A DNA stretch of 64,000 bases from Eutreptiella sp. 'Long Island Sound 2002' (taxonomy: Eukaryota > Protista > Euglenida). Location: contig OZ038378.1 in assembly GCA_964036045.1 (NCBI GenBank), positions 25,606,001-25,670,000 on the forward strand, in the 5' to 3' direction. Made by a program: the position numbers and the translations under genes. Within the stretch, counting starts at the first letter, position 1, and each line of letters starts with the position of its first letter. The notes beneath the pieces are model-generated. The model searched no databases, was not told the origin of the DNA, and was given only the letters and a program-made list of their open reading frames with translations. Positions 1-12,978 of the stretch are shown piece after piece.

Positions 1-1130
1 GGCTGCATGAAGCAGCTCAGCAAGATGGCATATGGCTGTCAACGCTGGCTTCCAAACCACATAACTTCGGGGGCCCCCACCCGAATGGCTGTGAGGCACA
101 GAGCAAAAAAAACCGCATCGCTTCACTCCACGGACGTTGTGACCACGAAAAGCTCAAAATGCTGTCGTCTGCTGGAGCCCAACCGACGGTAGCACTCGCA
201 AGTAGTACTCTCACCAGTGCCTTATGACGTTGGGTCCACTTCGCTTTTGTCGCTGTCCAATCCATGGGGGCCCACCTCAGGGCTCCGGCCTCTTGACTGC
301 CACTCCCATTTTCCAGAGCATGACCCTGCCCCTTGACCCGCTGCCGATCCATCGAAAGGCCGTCCCAGTGTGATATCGCTGCTGTACCTCCCAACCCCCG
401 TCGTGTTGCATGTCCATGACCCCCCAGTGAACTTGATATCTTCCAGCAAACTCAGGTGCACAGCAATGTCCCGCGGCCAGGGCAAGGACTAAGCTTGAAC
501 GAGAGGGAGGTCACGGGGCAACGTGGTGAACGCTTGTACGACCAGTTGGCCATAATGGGGACGGTTGTGGAGCAAGAGCGGCTGAGTTGTCCCTTATGCC
601 CCCAGAGACGCAACGGGCGCAGATGAGATGCGTCAGGGAGTACGAACACAGCACAGGGCACAGATGGAAGGATTGAAGACAGGCGCATGGCTGCCGAAGT
701 TCCCATCGCTGTCTCGCCCTCCCCACCCACTGACCTCTCCCGCGGTCCCTCTTGCGCCTGTCGGTGTCAAAGCCGCGGGGTGTCCCTCACAACCACAAGG
801 CAGAGCGGCAAACACTTGTAAAAGCGGTGTGCCACGGTCGGAAAGCGTGGCCCACCGGTTCGGGAGCAGGAGCAAAACCGTTGCAGGTGCAGTTGGGGTC
901 AGAAGGATGCGGTTGGAGCGCAGTCGTCGGTTACTGTTCCGGGAGGGGGGTACAGCCCTCCCCCTCCCCTATCAAGCGCAGGCCTCTCTCTATGCCCCCA
1001 GCCATTTTTCTCTCTGCCTGCTGCATTCATCCCCGCTGCCCTGCTTTGTGCTCACATTTTATCTGTCTTACCGTGAGACTCCGTACCTCTCGGTCGGCGT
1101 AATGCGCTGTGGCACCCGCCTACCCCCCCC

Positions 1131-2654
1131 CTACGCGCAGCCAGGGCCCCTGACCTGCCGCCCCAGCTCCTCCTGCAACCCACGCAGCGCTGTGCGCTGC
1201 GCAACCGCCACCTCCGCTGCCATCGCACGGCGCCTCGCAGGGGGTCCCTGTCGCCCCTCCTCCGCCGCCTCCACGCCGCCGAAGCGCAGGCTCTCCGTGA
1301 CCCACCGCAAAAGCGTGGCCATGGCCCGCGCCTCGATCTCGGGGTCCGCAAGCGGCGCCCCCGCTAGCGCCGCCAGCGCCCCCTCCGGGCCCCTTCCGGC
1401 CACCAGGTCCTCACAGGCTGTGGGGTCCATGACCCACAGCCGCCCACACGCCATGAGCCCCGCAGGTAATGTGTCGCACACGCACGCCCCTGGGGCTGCC
1501 TGCGCCCCTGCGATGTGGACATGGCTGTGGCTGGGGCTCAGGCCGGAGGGGCTCTGGCCCGGGCTGACATTCGCAGTGGTGACTGATGTGTTTGGGGCCG
1601 TGAAGCACAGCGTCAGGCTACCGTCTGGGGCCGGGGGGGCAGCGGTCAGGCCCTGAAGGACGTGGGCTTTCGTGTGCCACCGGGCACTCTCGCACGGCGG
1701 CGGGATTCGCAGGCACGCGCGGCGGACGTCCGCGGCGGCGTCCGGCAGCACAAACCCAAAGCTGAGCAGCAGCTCCGCGTTGGACTTGCGGCCGTAGCTG
1801 CTCCAGATCTGGTCCCCCGCGCGGTACGCCCGGTCCGCCACGAGGCCCACGCCGGCGTTGCCGGCCACGAGCCGCACGCCGTACCGCACGCCCGCGATGT
1901 GGTTCGCGACGTCGATGCCCGGGACCAGCGCCTCCCCGAGGCCGTCCACGGCGTACGCGCGCGACAAGACCACGTGCTTGGCCCACCGATAGTTCGCGAG
2001 GGTGAAAACCACCGGCGGAAAGATGTCCGGGGCCGGCGCGAATACCGCCGTGTGCAGCGCCTCGTACTCCCGCGCAACGCTCTGCGCGATTTTGGCGCCG
2101 CGAGCGGCCATGTCGGGGTCGAGCAGAGCCGCGCGCTCTTCGGCGCTCCACAGCCACGCGGCCTCGCAGGCCTCGGGCCGCGGCAGCATCGCGACATACG
2201 GCGCAAAGGCCGCGCGGTACCCGTTGGCAACTTCGATCAAGATCTGGACGGCCAAGAGGGGCTCACCGTACGGCACCGCATCCGAGAAGCCGTACAAGTC
2301 CGCCAGCGCGTCCACGCAGCGGAGGTAGAACTCCGCCAGGGGCCCATCCAACGCAGTGTCCTCCGTCAAGTAGCACGTGGGCGGGAGTAGCAGAACAGTG
2401 TCACCCTCTGGCAAATTGGTGGTGGCAAACAGGCCGTATCCCGCGCCCTGGGCCTCGCGGATCGCGACTTTGGACCCGATGCCCTGCGCCCCTCGCTGCC
2501 GCAGCCACTCGCTGAACGCTTGTGCTGCCGAGTCGGCAGTGTTGGTCGGCACTTGGTCCGGGCAGCCCGACGACGCGTGGCGCGTGCAACCCGACCGCTT
2601 GAGGTTTCCGTGGTCAAGCGCAGTGAGAGTGTCCAGGCCTGAGGCATGGAGCAT
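1131..2654 (-). CDS. SET-domain protein lysine methyltransferase, RuBisCO LSMT/SETD3-like, single exon
   Basis: Uninterrupted ORF with SET motifs GAGYGLFATTNLPEG, ALVPGIDVANH and GDQIWSSYGRKSNAELLLSFGFV, followed by a helical C-terminal region ending RRAMAAEVAVAQRTAL as in LSMT substrate-binding domains. First ATG is at 2654, but the frame stays open upstream to about 2830, so the true start is uncertain. Confidence 0.9.
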   Translation of the reverse strand: MLHASGLDTLTALDHGNLKRSGCTRHASSGCPDQVPTNTADSAAQAFSEWLRQRGAQGIGSKVAIREAQGAGYGLFATTNLPEGDTVLLLPPTCYLTEDTALDGPLAEFYLRCVDALADLYGFSDAVPYGEPLLAVQILIEVANGYRAAFAPYVAMLPRPEACEAAWLWSAEERAALLDPDMAARGAKIAQSVAREYEALHTAVFAPAPDIFPPVVFTLANYRWAKHVVLSRAYAVDGLGEALVPGIDVANHIAGVRYGVRLVAGNAGVGLVADRAYRAGDQIWSSYGRKSNAELLLSFGFVLPDAAADVRRACLRIPPPCESARWHTKAHVLQGLTAAPPAPDGSLTLCFTAPNTSVTTANVSPGQSPSGLSPSHSHVHIAGAQAAPGACVCDTLPAGLMACGRLWVMDPTACEDLVAGRGPEGALAALAGAPLADPEIEARAMATLLRWVTESLRFGGVEAAEEGRQGPPARRRAMAAEVAVAQRTALRGLQEELGRQVRGPGCA

Positions 2655-4261
2655 GGGGTACAGAAGCACCAGAAGCACCAGGATTGCCGCGGTGACTGGG
2701 CAAAGGGTGATCCATTGGCGCGGAGGAAACCCGCGAATCGCTGACTGGTGTTGTCTTGTCGTGGAGGAAGGGGTGAGTGAAAACAGGTTTGCAGGGGATG
2801 GGGTCCGTTTGAGCCCCTTATGAACACCCTACCCCTCCCTTTCGGGGGTTAAAGAGGCTGAAAAGGGGTATATTCTGGAACCAACAGCACTGTTTCTGAT
2901 TCCAAGCTGATTCTCAGCCCGCCCATCCCCTGTGCCAACAGTACTCATGTCCAGTCTAATCTGGCCACATCCACAAAGCACAAAAACGTCTCGGATGTAG
3001 TGCCCCACCATGACCTCCTATCAATAGCGCTACCTCAGGTGTACATGCCACCGGCACATCAGAAATGGTATCAGAACTTGTGTTGGCAGAGTTGGTAGTG
3101 TTAGTGTCGCAGTTGAAGCTTGAGGTAGAGTCGGAATCGGAGCTACCTGACCGCTCCTAGTCCTTGTGCAAAAGGCTGAACGCAGAGGTTACAGGCTGAT
3201 CGTTGCTTTTTTGACGCTGGTTCTGCCCCCCTTTCCATACTGCCTCCTCCAGTCCCAAGTTTCGTCCTACCTCTACCTCCAATTCATACTCTACCTCAAC
3301 TCTACAGGCTACTCTGCTCTGGCAACCCTAACCCCAGCGCTGCAAAACAAAACACTACAAAATCCCTGCTCTTGGTGGATGGGCCACAGTGTGTGGGTGT
3401 GTGATACATAGGGCACGCAGGGGAGCGGTGTGTTCACGGGGGGGGGGGGGGCTGTGGTTGAGGCGTGTTGTGTGTCAGTGGGGGAGACAAGCGTACAGCA
3501 CCCGGAGTTTCCAAGTGGTCTCCCAACTCAGTACAAACAGGGAAGCCACACCCATCAGCAAAAAGCAAATGTTTGCTCTGTGGGCTGAGGGCACACCCGG
3601 TCTTGTGACACCTGGGGTGGGCCACGCCCCACCTCCCACACCCCACGGCGCGTGCAACCAGCCCACAGGTGCACGGGGCAAATGCTCACCAGAGGCCAAA
3701 GCAGCAAGGAAACCATCAGAATATGAAATTTTTTTTGCGAAATTAGTAAAATTTTGTTTTTCAACTGTAAAATGTGGAAAAAGTAATTTTTTTGCGATTA
3801 AATTTTGCAAGTGCCGAATTCGCATAAGTGGAGGGGCAAGAAAATATTTTGCGATTAATTTTGGCATGACTGTCCTTTTGCGTAGATCAATTTTCTTGGT
3901 GGGCTCCGGATGGTTGTTGTTATTTCTTGGTGGACTCTGAATGGCTGCTGCCATTTCCTGGTGCACTCAATATGGATGCTGTTCCTAGTGGACTTTGGAT
4001 GGATGCTAGATGCCATACATAGGAATGCAAGTGACATGAGATGCATTCTGCATGTACTCATCAACACGTACATTAAAAGGGTCACAAACCTACAAATGTT
4101 TAATTGCACCCCATTTTTGCGAACAGTTGCCGAATTCTACGATGTCAAGCAGTGCAATGAATTTAAACTTTTGTGTCTTTTTTTTTTTTTGCATTTAGTG
4201 GTCCTCTAAACTAAATATTTTAGCAAAATATTCATATTTCCCTAGCAGCTGGGAGGGAAAA

Positions 4262-4535
4262 TGGCAACCCTATCCTTGACAGGTAGGGAGACGGATAACC
4301 ATACCCTAAACTAGAGGGAGACAATTAAACCTATCCCTGACCAGGACGGAGGGAAGACGACTAGATGTACCCCTAACCAGAAATTGAGCCTTAGCGCAAA
4401 GGGGCACGCAGTGCAGATGGGGGATGGCATTGGGTGAAGCAAGGAAGTTGCATGGGTGCCAAGAAACAAGCATGTAGGAATGTAGGAGGGAGATGGCCCA
4501 TTGGCCTCCACAAGGTTGGTGAGGATTTAGCATGT
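4262..4535 (-). repeat. Dispersed repeat, copy 1 (inverted relative to copy at 13862-14142)
   Basis: Minus strand CATGCTAAATCCTCACCAACC...CTACATGCTTGTTTCTTGGCACCCATGCAAC...TAGGGTTGCCA aligns by eye with 13862-14142 plus. Confidence 0.8.
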
Positions 4536-4562
4536 TAATCAACGAGCAAATACCAAAAAATA

Positions 4563-4588
4563 GGAAAAAAATAGACACTCAGAAAAGT
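4563..4588 (-). other. Genomic copy (relic) of a euglenid spliced-leader exon
   Basis: Minus strand reads ACTTTTCTGAGTGTCTATTTTTTTCC, almost identical to the Euglena gracilis SL as I recall it (ACTTTCTGAGTGTCTATTTTTTTTCG). No recognisable SL-RNA Sm site follows. Confidence 0.75.
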
Positions 4589-7500
4589 TGAAGGCTTGGC
4601 AAGTGTTCGCCCCCACCTACACTGGGGCGGCAATGTGGCGCACGTGGCGGTATTAGGCACACCTCTACGGTAGAAGGGCTCTTGTTGCCCATGTGGTAAC
4701 CTTGGGGGCGCCCTTAGCGCAGTGCGCACGCAGTGCAGGCACAGTGCAACCATTTGGGCGTCTAGCTGTACTAGAGACCCATACCTTGTGATACTAGTGG
4801 CATCATTGTTGCCCCTAGCATAGGTTTTCATGCTTCTTCCACATTGGGGATATGGCATTTTTGGATTTTCACCCACTCTCACACATTTCCACCCCTTTTC
4901 ACACTTTTTTTTTGCTCATCTTCATCATGGACTCCCACACTTTGGTGTGGGCCGTTGAGTTGGGGTGATGGACTCCCACGCTTTTGGCGTGGCCTCTCAA
5001 GTTGACGTGACGGACTACCCGGTTTTGGCTTGACCACAATCGAATGCCCTATGTGAGGCCGCATCCCTACTGATGAGGATGCATGGTTGTACCACAAGTC
5101 GAAAATGGAGGTTGCCGTGGATTCCCTCCTGCAAGCCACTTTGCTCCCCGTCCAGTTGAGGATGAGGTGGACACATACACGGCTTTGGGACTAGCTAGTA
5201 GGGTGAGTGAGCTTCCAATTGAACAAAAAAGAGGATATGTGTGTGGCTTTCCGCAATTTGCATAATGTCTTATATAAAGGGAAGGTAGCTTGCGTTTGTC
5301 TTGAGCTAGGGTAGTTTGGGTGACCTAAATTTAGGGGGGTTTGGGCAGCTGGGGTGGCCTAATTTTGAGGGCGTTTGGAAGGGGTCGGTATAGGGGTTCT
5401 TCACAAGGGAATCTAGTCTAAAAGTAGCGCGCAGTGCGCGCACACTGCAAGGACCCCTCCCCCAACCCAAGCGCTAGAAAGAAAACCCCTTGACAACCTT
5501 GCTTGTGGTGGGTGGGCCATTGTGTGGAGGTGTGTGGTAGGGTGTGTTGAGGGGCATGCAAGGAAGCGGTGTTTTCGCAATGGGGGGTTGGGGTGTGTGT
5601 GTGTGTGTGTGGCTGGGGCAAGGTGTATCCGTGTGTTGTGTGTGCATGGTAGAGTAGGGAAAATCAGAGTACACCACCTACACAGCAGGCCAAGCCCTTG
5701 CATAGTCTTGAAAAAGTGTGGTGCCCATTGGCTAACAAATCCTGGACAAAGCAATGCCCTTGCTATCAGAATGGCTATTCGTATACAATGACATGTCTAG
5801 CAATCGGAGAACATTCAACCAAAAGTACAGGCAACACTAGTTGAAACATTTATTGACTAGGGTATGAGAGTTTTGCTTGTGCACCCCCCCCCCCTCTACT
5901 CATGCAGCAACCTAGCCACTGGGAACAACCATCAAGGACAAAGGATGCTCCAAGAACATGAAGGACAAAGGATGCTCGAGGACCAGCAGTTGCATACCCA
6001 CTGTCACTTACTGCCATGTGGCAGTTCGAATGGGTGGAAATGAGCATGATGGGGGTAGTTTCATGGCTTGGCGCTTGGCAACTAGTGCCAATTTAGTTGG
6101 CGCACAAAAAAATAGAAGAATAAAATATGTGCTTGCGGTTAGGACACACTATGTGGCCAACCGGCAGCTCAAAATCATTGAAGCTAAGCATAAAGGGGCA
6201 CATTGCCCACTTGTACTCATGCTGACGTAACCCAACTCTCAATGGCACATACACACACAAGAATCATCCCGTATTGTGAATTCTGGGGCAAAACTAAAGT
6301 CAATTGCGAAATTTTAGTGTTGCTTGTGTACCCCCCCCCCCTTTGTGCATGCACCGATGCGACAAGGGATGCTTCAAGACAAGCAATTGCGCTATCACTC
6401 GCTACCTTATTCGAAAAAAACAACATGTCAATGGTGGGCTCCCCTGTCCCCATTTGCGAAGGGTCCCCAACACAGGTTTTCAACCCCCTTTATAGTACAG
6501 ATTGAGACGTGCCCTAGCCTACAAAATGATATGTTTACCCAGAGGGGAGGGGGTAGGTCTTCTCGTAGGGTCAGGGTCTGCTCATGGCTGAGCTTAAATG
6601 GGACTCCATGTAATACCAACCCACCACCACTCCCATGCAACGCAATTTATGTGCCAACCGTCTCATGATGTGATGCTGAGAGCAAAGGTGTGTCTTTGCT
6701 CATCCCCAAAGCAATTGCGCAAGTGCACCCACATTGTCAGGTACAAATTGTCATCGGGGTTGCTCTTGGTCACAAAGCAAATCAAGGGCTCACCATATAC
6801 CATATTCCATATATAACTTTGTGGCCCGTTGAATGTCGGCCCAGACCGGGGCTCGACGAACGACAGACCATGAGGACCCCATACACCAATTACGAAGCGG
6901 TTAAGAAAATATGTGTCCCGTGTAGTGTTAGAAAACAAAACGCGCGGGTGGAACCGTCGCAACAAGCAGTGGCTCCCACCCATGGAAAGAGAGTGCACTA
7001 ACTTCTAACAATGCCCCAATGCCTGCTATGGGTTTGCGGGGGACCAATCCGGGCCTCTATTAAGCGAGGCCCTCGGGCCCTCAAAACACAACGTAGTGCC
7101 CCGAGCCTACACAGCCATGTAAGTTTTCTCAGCGGTTTGCGGGGTGCCTTGTGATGGTACGGATGAATGGCCTAGTGCAACCACTTTGCTACCACATCTG
7201 CTACCACATCACCACATGCTGCAGAAAAGGCACTGTTCTTGGCGCTGCCAAATCAATGCACTTGCTGATCCGACCTTTTTGTTGCTAGAGCGCAGTTACG
7301 TCTTTGGACCCATAATATAGCACTCCAGCCCGGCTAGGTTGGCCCTAAAAGCGCTTGGTTGGGTACCCCAAAAGCACCAAGCTCCTATTAAAAGTGGGGA
7401 GAATTGGGGGGAAACGGTGTGAAAATGGGGGGGGGGGAGGGGGGAGGGGGGGGGTGGGGGGGAGGCATGGGGGAAAGGGCTGGAAATGGACAATGTGTCA

Positions 7501-10500
7501 AGGAGCCCAATGGAAAAATGGTGCAAGGTTGGGGACGCCTAAGAATATTGTGCCCCTATCACCTATTTTTTGCAAGAACACATGATACCTTTTGGGCCTA
7601 AGGGGAAGGTGTTGTTGCCCTGATTCCACTACTCCGATGCCATGTGTGTCACCCTCACGCAAAAAAAATGCAAAGCAAAAGAAAATTTGTCCATGTGAAT
7701 GCAGGCCAGTAGTCCATCAAAGTGCAAAAGACATATGCCATGGTGTCTTTTTTCCTTCATGTCCGGCGGCCCTTCATCACGCACCCACTTCAAAAAATGA
7801 AAAGCAACACCCAACATGACCAAAGTGGCCGGCAAAGCCTATGTGCGCCATGCAATGGTGTACGTGAGCGGAAGAGTTTTGGACATTCCATCCCACCAAT
7901 CAAGGATGCTCAAGGTGTCCCAACCACAGCCGCAACCGCTAGTACGCTTGCCACTCCGCATGGTCTGATCTAAGCAAAACAATATATTATGCTAGTTCAT
8001 GTTGTCGCCCATGCCCTCCTCATTTTACAAGACAGCGTGCATGAAACACTCTTGCATTTGCATGTTTGGCATAAAGCAACACTGGCAAGTACTTTTGAAC
8101 TTTGGCGGCTGCCGCTTGCACGGCCACGTTTAAACGTGCGGTTACAAACACCTCGATCCTTGTTGGGCAGGGCCTCCACAATTTGATCTCCAAGAGGACC
8201 ATGGGTGGACCGGTAATTCCAATGAGCAAGTTGAGGAATGAGTTGGCTGTACACACTCAGCAGTTGAGGATGCCGTGAGGGCATCAATGCACCTAATTTT
8301 GGTGCCACAGCAACTTGCACTTTGTGCAAAGAATCAAACAAATGTTTGCCCCAATGGACAAAGAACGCCAAGTTGACACTTATGGTGGCAAAATGTTCAT
8401 TTAGAATCACACATAGCTACCTCCCCCCTTAGGGGCCCACGTGTGGGCGAGATGAATACCGCCGTGCCCGAGAAGAGACGGCTTAGGCGGCTTGGCGGTG
8501 GTGGCAGTGGATTGTGTGCCCTTGCGCGACGCTTATGGCCAATGCACTTGCAAGCTATAGAGATGTGCCCTTCTGTATTGTCTTCATGCGCAAGGGGCAT
8601 CACCATTGTTAGCAAAGTGGTACACAATTGGGATGAAGGCATGTCGATGAAACAAAAGTGGCCTTTCCGAGGATACAAAGGGGGCATATAAGACCTTTCC
8701 TTGTTAATGGTGGAGGGCATGTAGGCTTAAAGAAGACTCCATGCCAAATTGTTAGGACCCCTACAAGCCATCCTACTTCCAAGTGTCAATGACAGGCTGA
8801 TAAGTGCGTTCAAGTGAATTCTGTGATGGCACACAAACATTACAAGGACGTACCATGGAAGCCAAATGGCATGAAAAGAAGTGCCCCCAAACATGCGTCT
8901 CAATCTGCTGAGCAAAGCAAGAGTTGGTGCTTGAGGAATGGCAGCGAGGAAGGGATGGTAGCACCGACAACGAAATACGGGAAAAAGCCTGAACACTTGG
9001 AACAGACCAGAGCCCATTCTAGCTTCTATAGACTAGACAGCCGAGATCAATTGACAATTCTCGCTTGGTGCTCCGCGGCAATACTTTGTGGGAGAGCTCC
9101 ATTCTCCACGCAGGTTGATGAAAGAGCATCTCCGGTTTGTGGGGAAAGTGGGTGGCGTGAGCTTAAGGAGGGGGCAACTTTGTGGACTATGAACCTCCCG
9201 CAATCCATGGTCTCACATACTTGCAACCTACCTAAATAGCATATTGTATTGGACATGGCTTGCTGAGTAGGCTAGTATCGGAAGCCGCTAGCTGGTGGGC
9301 TCAAAATTCAATATGTGCAACCCTACTATCGTGGTGAAGGCGGGCAAGCTGTTTTGGGCGATAGGGTAGGAACTTTGCTTGGAAGTAATAAAGCACAACA
9401 AGTGGCCATGCAATACCTGTGAAGTAACAGGGGGTACCCATCAAAACCAGTGCCGAAATGGCGAGAAATGTGAGGCCCTACCGTTTGAGGGGTCCCCAAC
9501 GCTCATCCTGGGGACAAAGGCCGCAAATGGATACCTCTTCCCTACCGTCGCTAGGGCCCACATGCGGGCAAAGCGTTGGAAAAATGCTTTGTCGGAAGGA
9601 AATTTTGTGGCAAAATGTCTTGCTGGAAAAATGTGGGACAAATGTTGCCATTTACCCCAGGTTCCCCACATTTTCCTGCATTTCTCCCCATTTTTGCTAT
9701 TTGCTAAATGGGGGGAAATGGGAATTGCCCACCCCTCCCCTTAGATTGCAGAAAAAACGCATTTTGGGGGGCTTTGGCCCAAGGATTACCCATTTTCCCC
9801 TCGGAAAATCCAGGAAATTTCCCAATTGACCCATTGTCCCCTATGTTTTCAATTGCCAAAATAGTGTACTTGCAACATTCCCGAAGCCGGGCGCTTTTTG
9901 GTCATGGCCGCTGTAGTGAGGGCAGTCGCGATTGACGTGGCAACACGCCCCACCATTTGCTTACAACGTGCCACAAACAAGGCATCCGAACATTGGATTC
10001 TCACCATATTGATGTCCCACTCTATACCGTCATGCAAGCACACATCATGGTTAGCCGTTTCTGTCTACCACAAGTGAAGGAGATCATACATTGGAGCATA
10101 GTCATGTGCCACAAAATAGAAATCCGCAGGGTTGCCTTACAAAAATGCTCAGCCCAATTGTGGCCGCACCGAGCGCATTTGTCCACGCAGGTGGACACCC
10201 TCAGGTGCTCTAGAGTAGCTTACTGCATGGGCACAGCTGGCCACATAGTGTTCGGAGCTAATTGTGGTGCTACCAAGTCAGATTTCCTGAAACTGGTGAC
10301 TTCACCAACTTTCAACAAGCCAATGACAAACAAGACTCCGATGCAGGTGATGATGAAGTCCGTTTCCAAGGATATCCGGGCTACCATGTGTGCAAGCATG
10401 CTTGGGGTACCTCAGAACGGGAAGGGGGGCACGTGCCTATATCGGCGATCCGCATCCACTACCATGGCCCATTGAATGGGTAGCACGGTGGGTGGCATGA

Positions 10501-11251
10501 TGTCGAGCTTTTCACACATCCTAACGGTGTTGAGGGTTGCGCAGGGTAACTCATGCTTTCCCCTCAATAGCCACGATTTGTATGTGTTGAGGTAGCGCCG
10601 CCGCTGGCAACAGCTCGGGGTGTTTGGCCGCCAAGCAGATGTTGCCCAACCCACGACCCCGGAGCGCACCTTGCTGAATCCGTTTGTGATGTGGATCATC
10701 ATATCACGGTCGAAGACAATAACACTCATAAACTAGATGTCATCAGCAATACCGGCTACAAACCCAGCCACCCCACAAACAACACCCATGGACGGGCTGG
10801 TACTCGGTGTGCTACCCAAACCGAGTGGCGAACCCTCAATCAAAATCAAATGAGGGTGCTGACCCACTGGGGGCACGTTGGAGCAAGACGGTATGTCTTG
10901 GGGACATTCGCACCAACTCTAGTGCACCTCCCTACATTTGACACATGGATATGGCAAAGGTCCCAGTGCACCAGAAATGTGGCCTGCACTGAAGGCCGAA
11001 TACAAAGTCCGCGAGCCCATCCGCGTAAAACCTACCCGGCGCTGAAACTTGAACTGAGGTCGGCTAGGCATGGGCCACGGTCACACAGGTCGTTGATGGC
11101 TGTGTGTCATTGGTCTGGCTGCGACATGCCGTGTTGGTGTTGCTGAACTTCACCAAGACATATACAGCCCATGTTGCGCATGTGGGATGGACCCTTGCTC
11201 CCGCAATGTGGGGTGATCTGTATGTACAAATTGACAGAGACCGCTTATGCA

Positions 11252-11615
11252 GCTGTACCTACGCAGCAGCAGAGTCGTGCTCCGCCTACTGGTACTGCTT
11301 GATTCTTCGGTGGGCCCCAGGGGCTTGCTTTCGGTGCGGGTTGTAATGCCACCGGGCTAGAGACTCTACTGGTTTGCTAGCTCTGCCGTTTCTTGCACCC
11401 TCGACGCCAAGGCGATGTGGTGTCTTCTCTGCAGATTGATGGAGACCCCTTGTGCTGCTGTACCTCCACGGTAGCAGAGTCGTGCTGCGCCTACTACTAC
11501 TACTTGATTCTTCGGTGAGCCCCATGTGCTTGCTTTCGGTGCGGGTTGCAATGCCACCGGGCTAGAGAGTCTATTGCTTTGCTAGCTGTGCCGTTCCTTG
11601 TACCCCCGATGCCTT
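11252..11615. repeat. Diverged direct repeat, two ~160-bp copies at 205-bp spacing
   Basis: GCTGTACCT...GCAGAGTCGTGC...TTGATTCTTCGGTG...GCTTGCTTTCGGTGCGGGTTG(T/C)AATGCCACCGGGCTAGAGA starts at both 11252 and 11457. Confidence 0.85.
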
Positions 11616-12978
11616 TGACCGCACATTCGACGTTTAGTGCGTTCTAAGCCCCGCCCCAATTGGCCAAAGTGCATGGGCGCCCCCTCAACTCCTCTAATTG
11701 CTACCCGCACTCCTCAAAATCAAGTCGTATATTTTCATGATACTTCGGTTGCGTCATGGACATAGGGAAGACTTGGTGGCTGATGACGTTGACGGGGGAT
11801 CCATTCCCCCGTGGAGACATCGAGGACAACTTCATGCCGCTTCTTAAAGAACTGCAAATACAGCAAGGTCACCGGCGGTTTAAATCCAAGCGCTACCTAG
11901 CACACGAGGGTATCGACAACAGCAAGGGACCATCCCTCCATCCTAATTCGCATAAGAAAGCTCGCACTATACCCCAACATTAGAAACCATGTAGGCGTCC
12001 CGAAAGCAGGGTTGCACCATTGACACCATCGATGGTACTGCTCCGTGTCGAGATTGGGCATGTCCCCATGCATGGTGAATGCAATTCGCATGGTTAGTAG
12101 CGTTAAAGCAAAACCCAGTCAATGGCAAGAATGGATTGCATCTCCGCTTGCCCTCTTACTGTCCCTCCCATGGTCACTAGCCTCGGTCAAAAACTAAAGC
12201 AATGATTTAGCAATGGTAGTGCATACATGGTGTGACTAGACCTCTGAGCAATCACCACATTTATGTACACCAAAACTCCAGCCAAAAAAAAAAATACCAA
12301 TACCGCTCGAGGTATCACCAAACTCAAATCATCTCCAACAAAATCGCTAAGTTTGCTTACGTGGTGAGGGCACCAGCGCCGGGCTTGTCTGGTGGAGCCA
12401 CACTGCGCACCAAAGGGAAAAAGGAAGGGGCTCCAGGGTGCGCCAAGGGTCACGACTATACCCAAGTGACGCCTCCCGGCCAAAGGAACACGCGCATGGT
12501 TTCCATGCTACTTCGGCCCTCTACAGAGCATTTGCCCCGCGCCCTGTGGGTTGGTTAAAGACGCCGTGAGGTTGTGGGTTGGTGTGCCGTGGCACACAGC
12601 GGCCCATGAGCGCGAAAAGGCATTGCGGAGGCGGCCCTTCAGACAGGCTGTACAGCCTAAACCAGTTCGCTGCTGCTCCTTCAACAGGTAAGCGGGAACT
12701 CTCTTTTCTAGATTGAGAAGCTCTGTCCTTGTGACCAAAGTATTCCTGTCACACATCCCGAGCAACGGCAATGTGAATTCCATTGTGTTTTATTTTATCC
12801 GTTCAGTTGTGTGTCAACCGTGCCGAGCGTGGCTAGCATATGAAACACGCCAAGTGTGCTACGGATGGGTTGTCCACGTTCAACGGGGCCTAAACCTTCC
12901 TAATTGGTGGAATGCCAGCGTGCCTGGCGAGCTGACGTTCCACCAAATGCCTGAGATATGTCACAACATGTGACTTGG

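Noticed and set aside
628-2390. Long plus-strand ORFs (628-1656, 1662-2390)
   Set aside because: Antisense shadows of the GC-rich SET gene, with no recognisable motifs.
7900-9000. Possible hAT transposase remnant (VHVVAHALLILQD resembles C-x-AH-x-LNL)
   Set aside because: Single degenerate motif with no supporting DDE or dimerisation motifs readable.
9900-11150. Possible decayed non-LTR RT thumb region
   Set aside because: Only vague similarity (WG...EGG); no RT core motif found.
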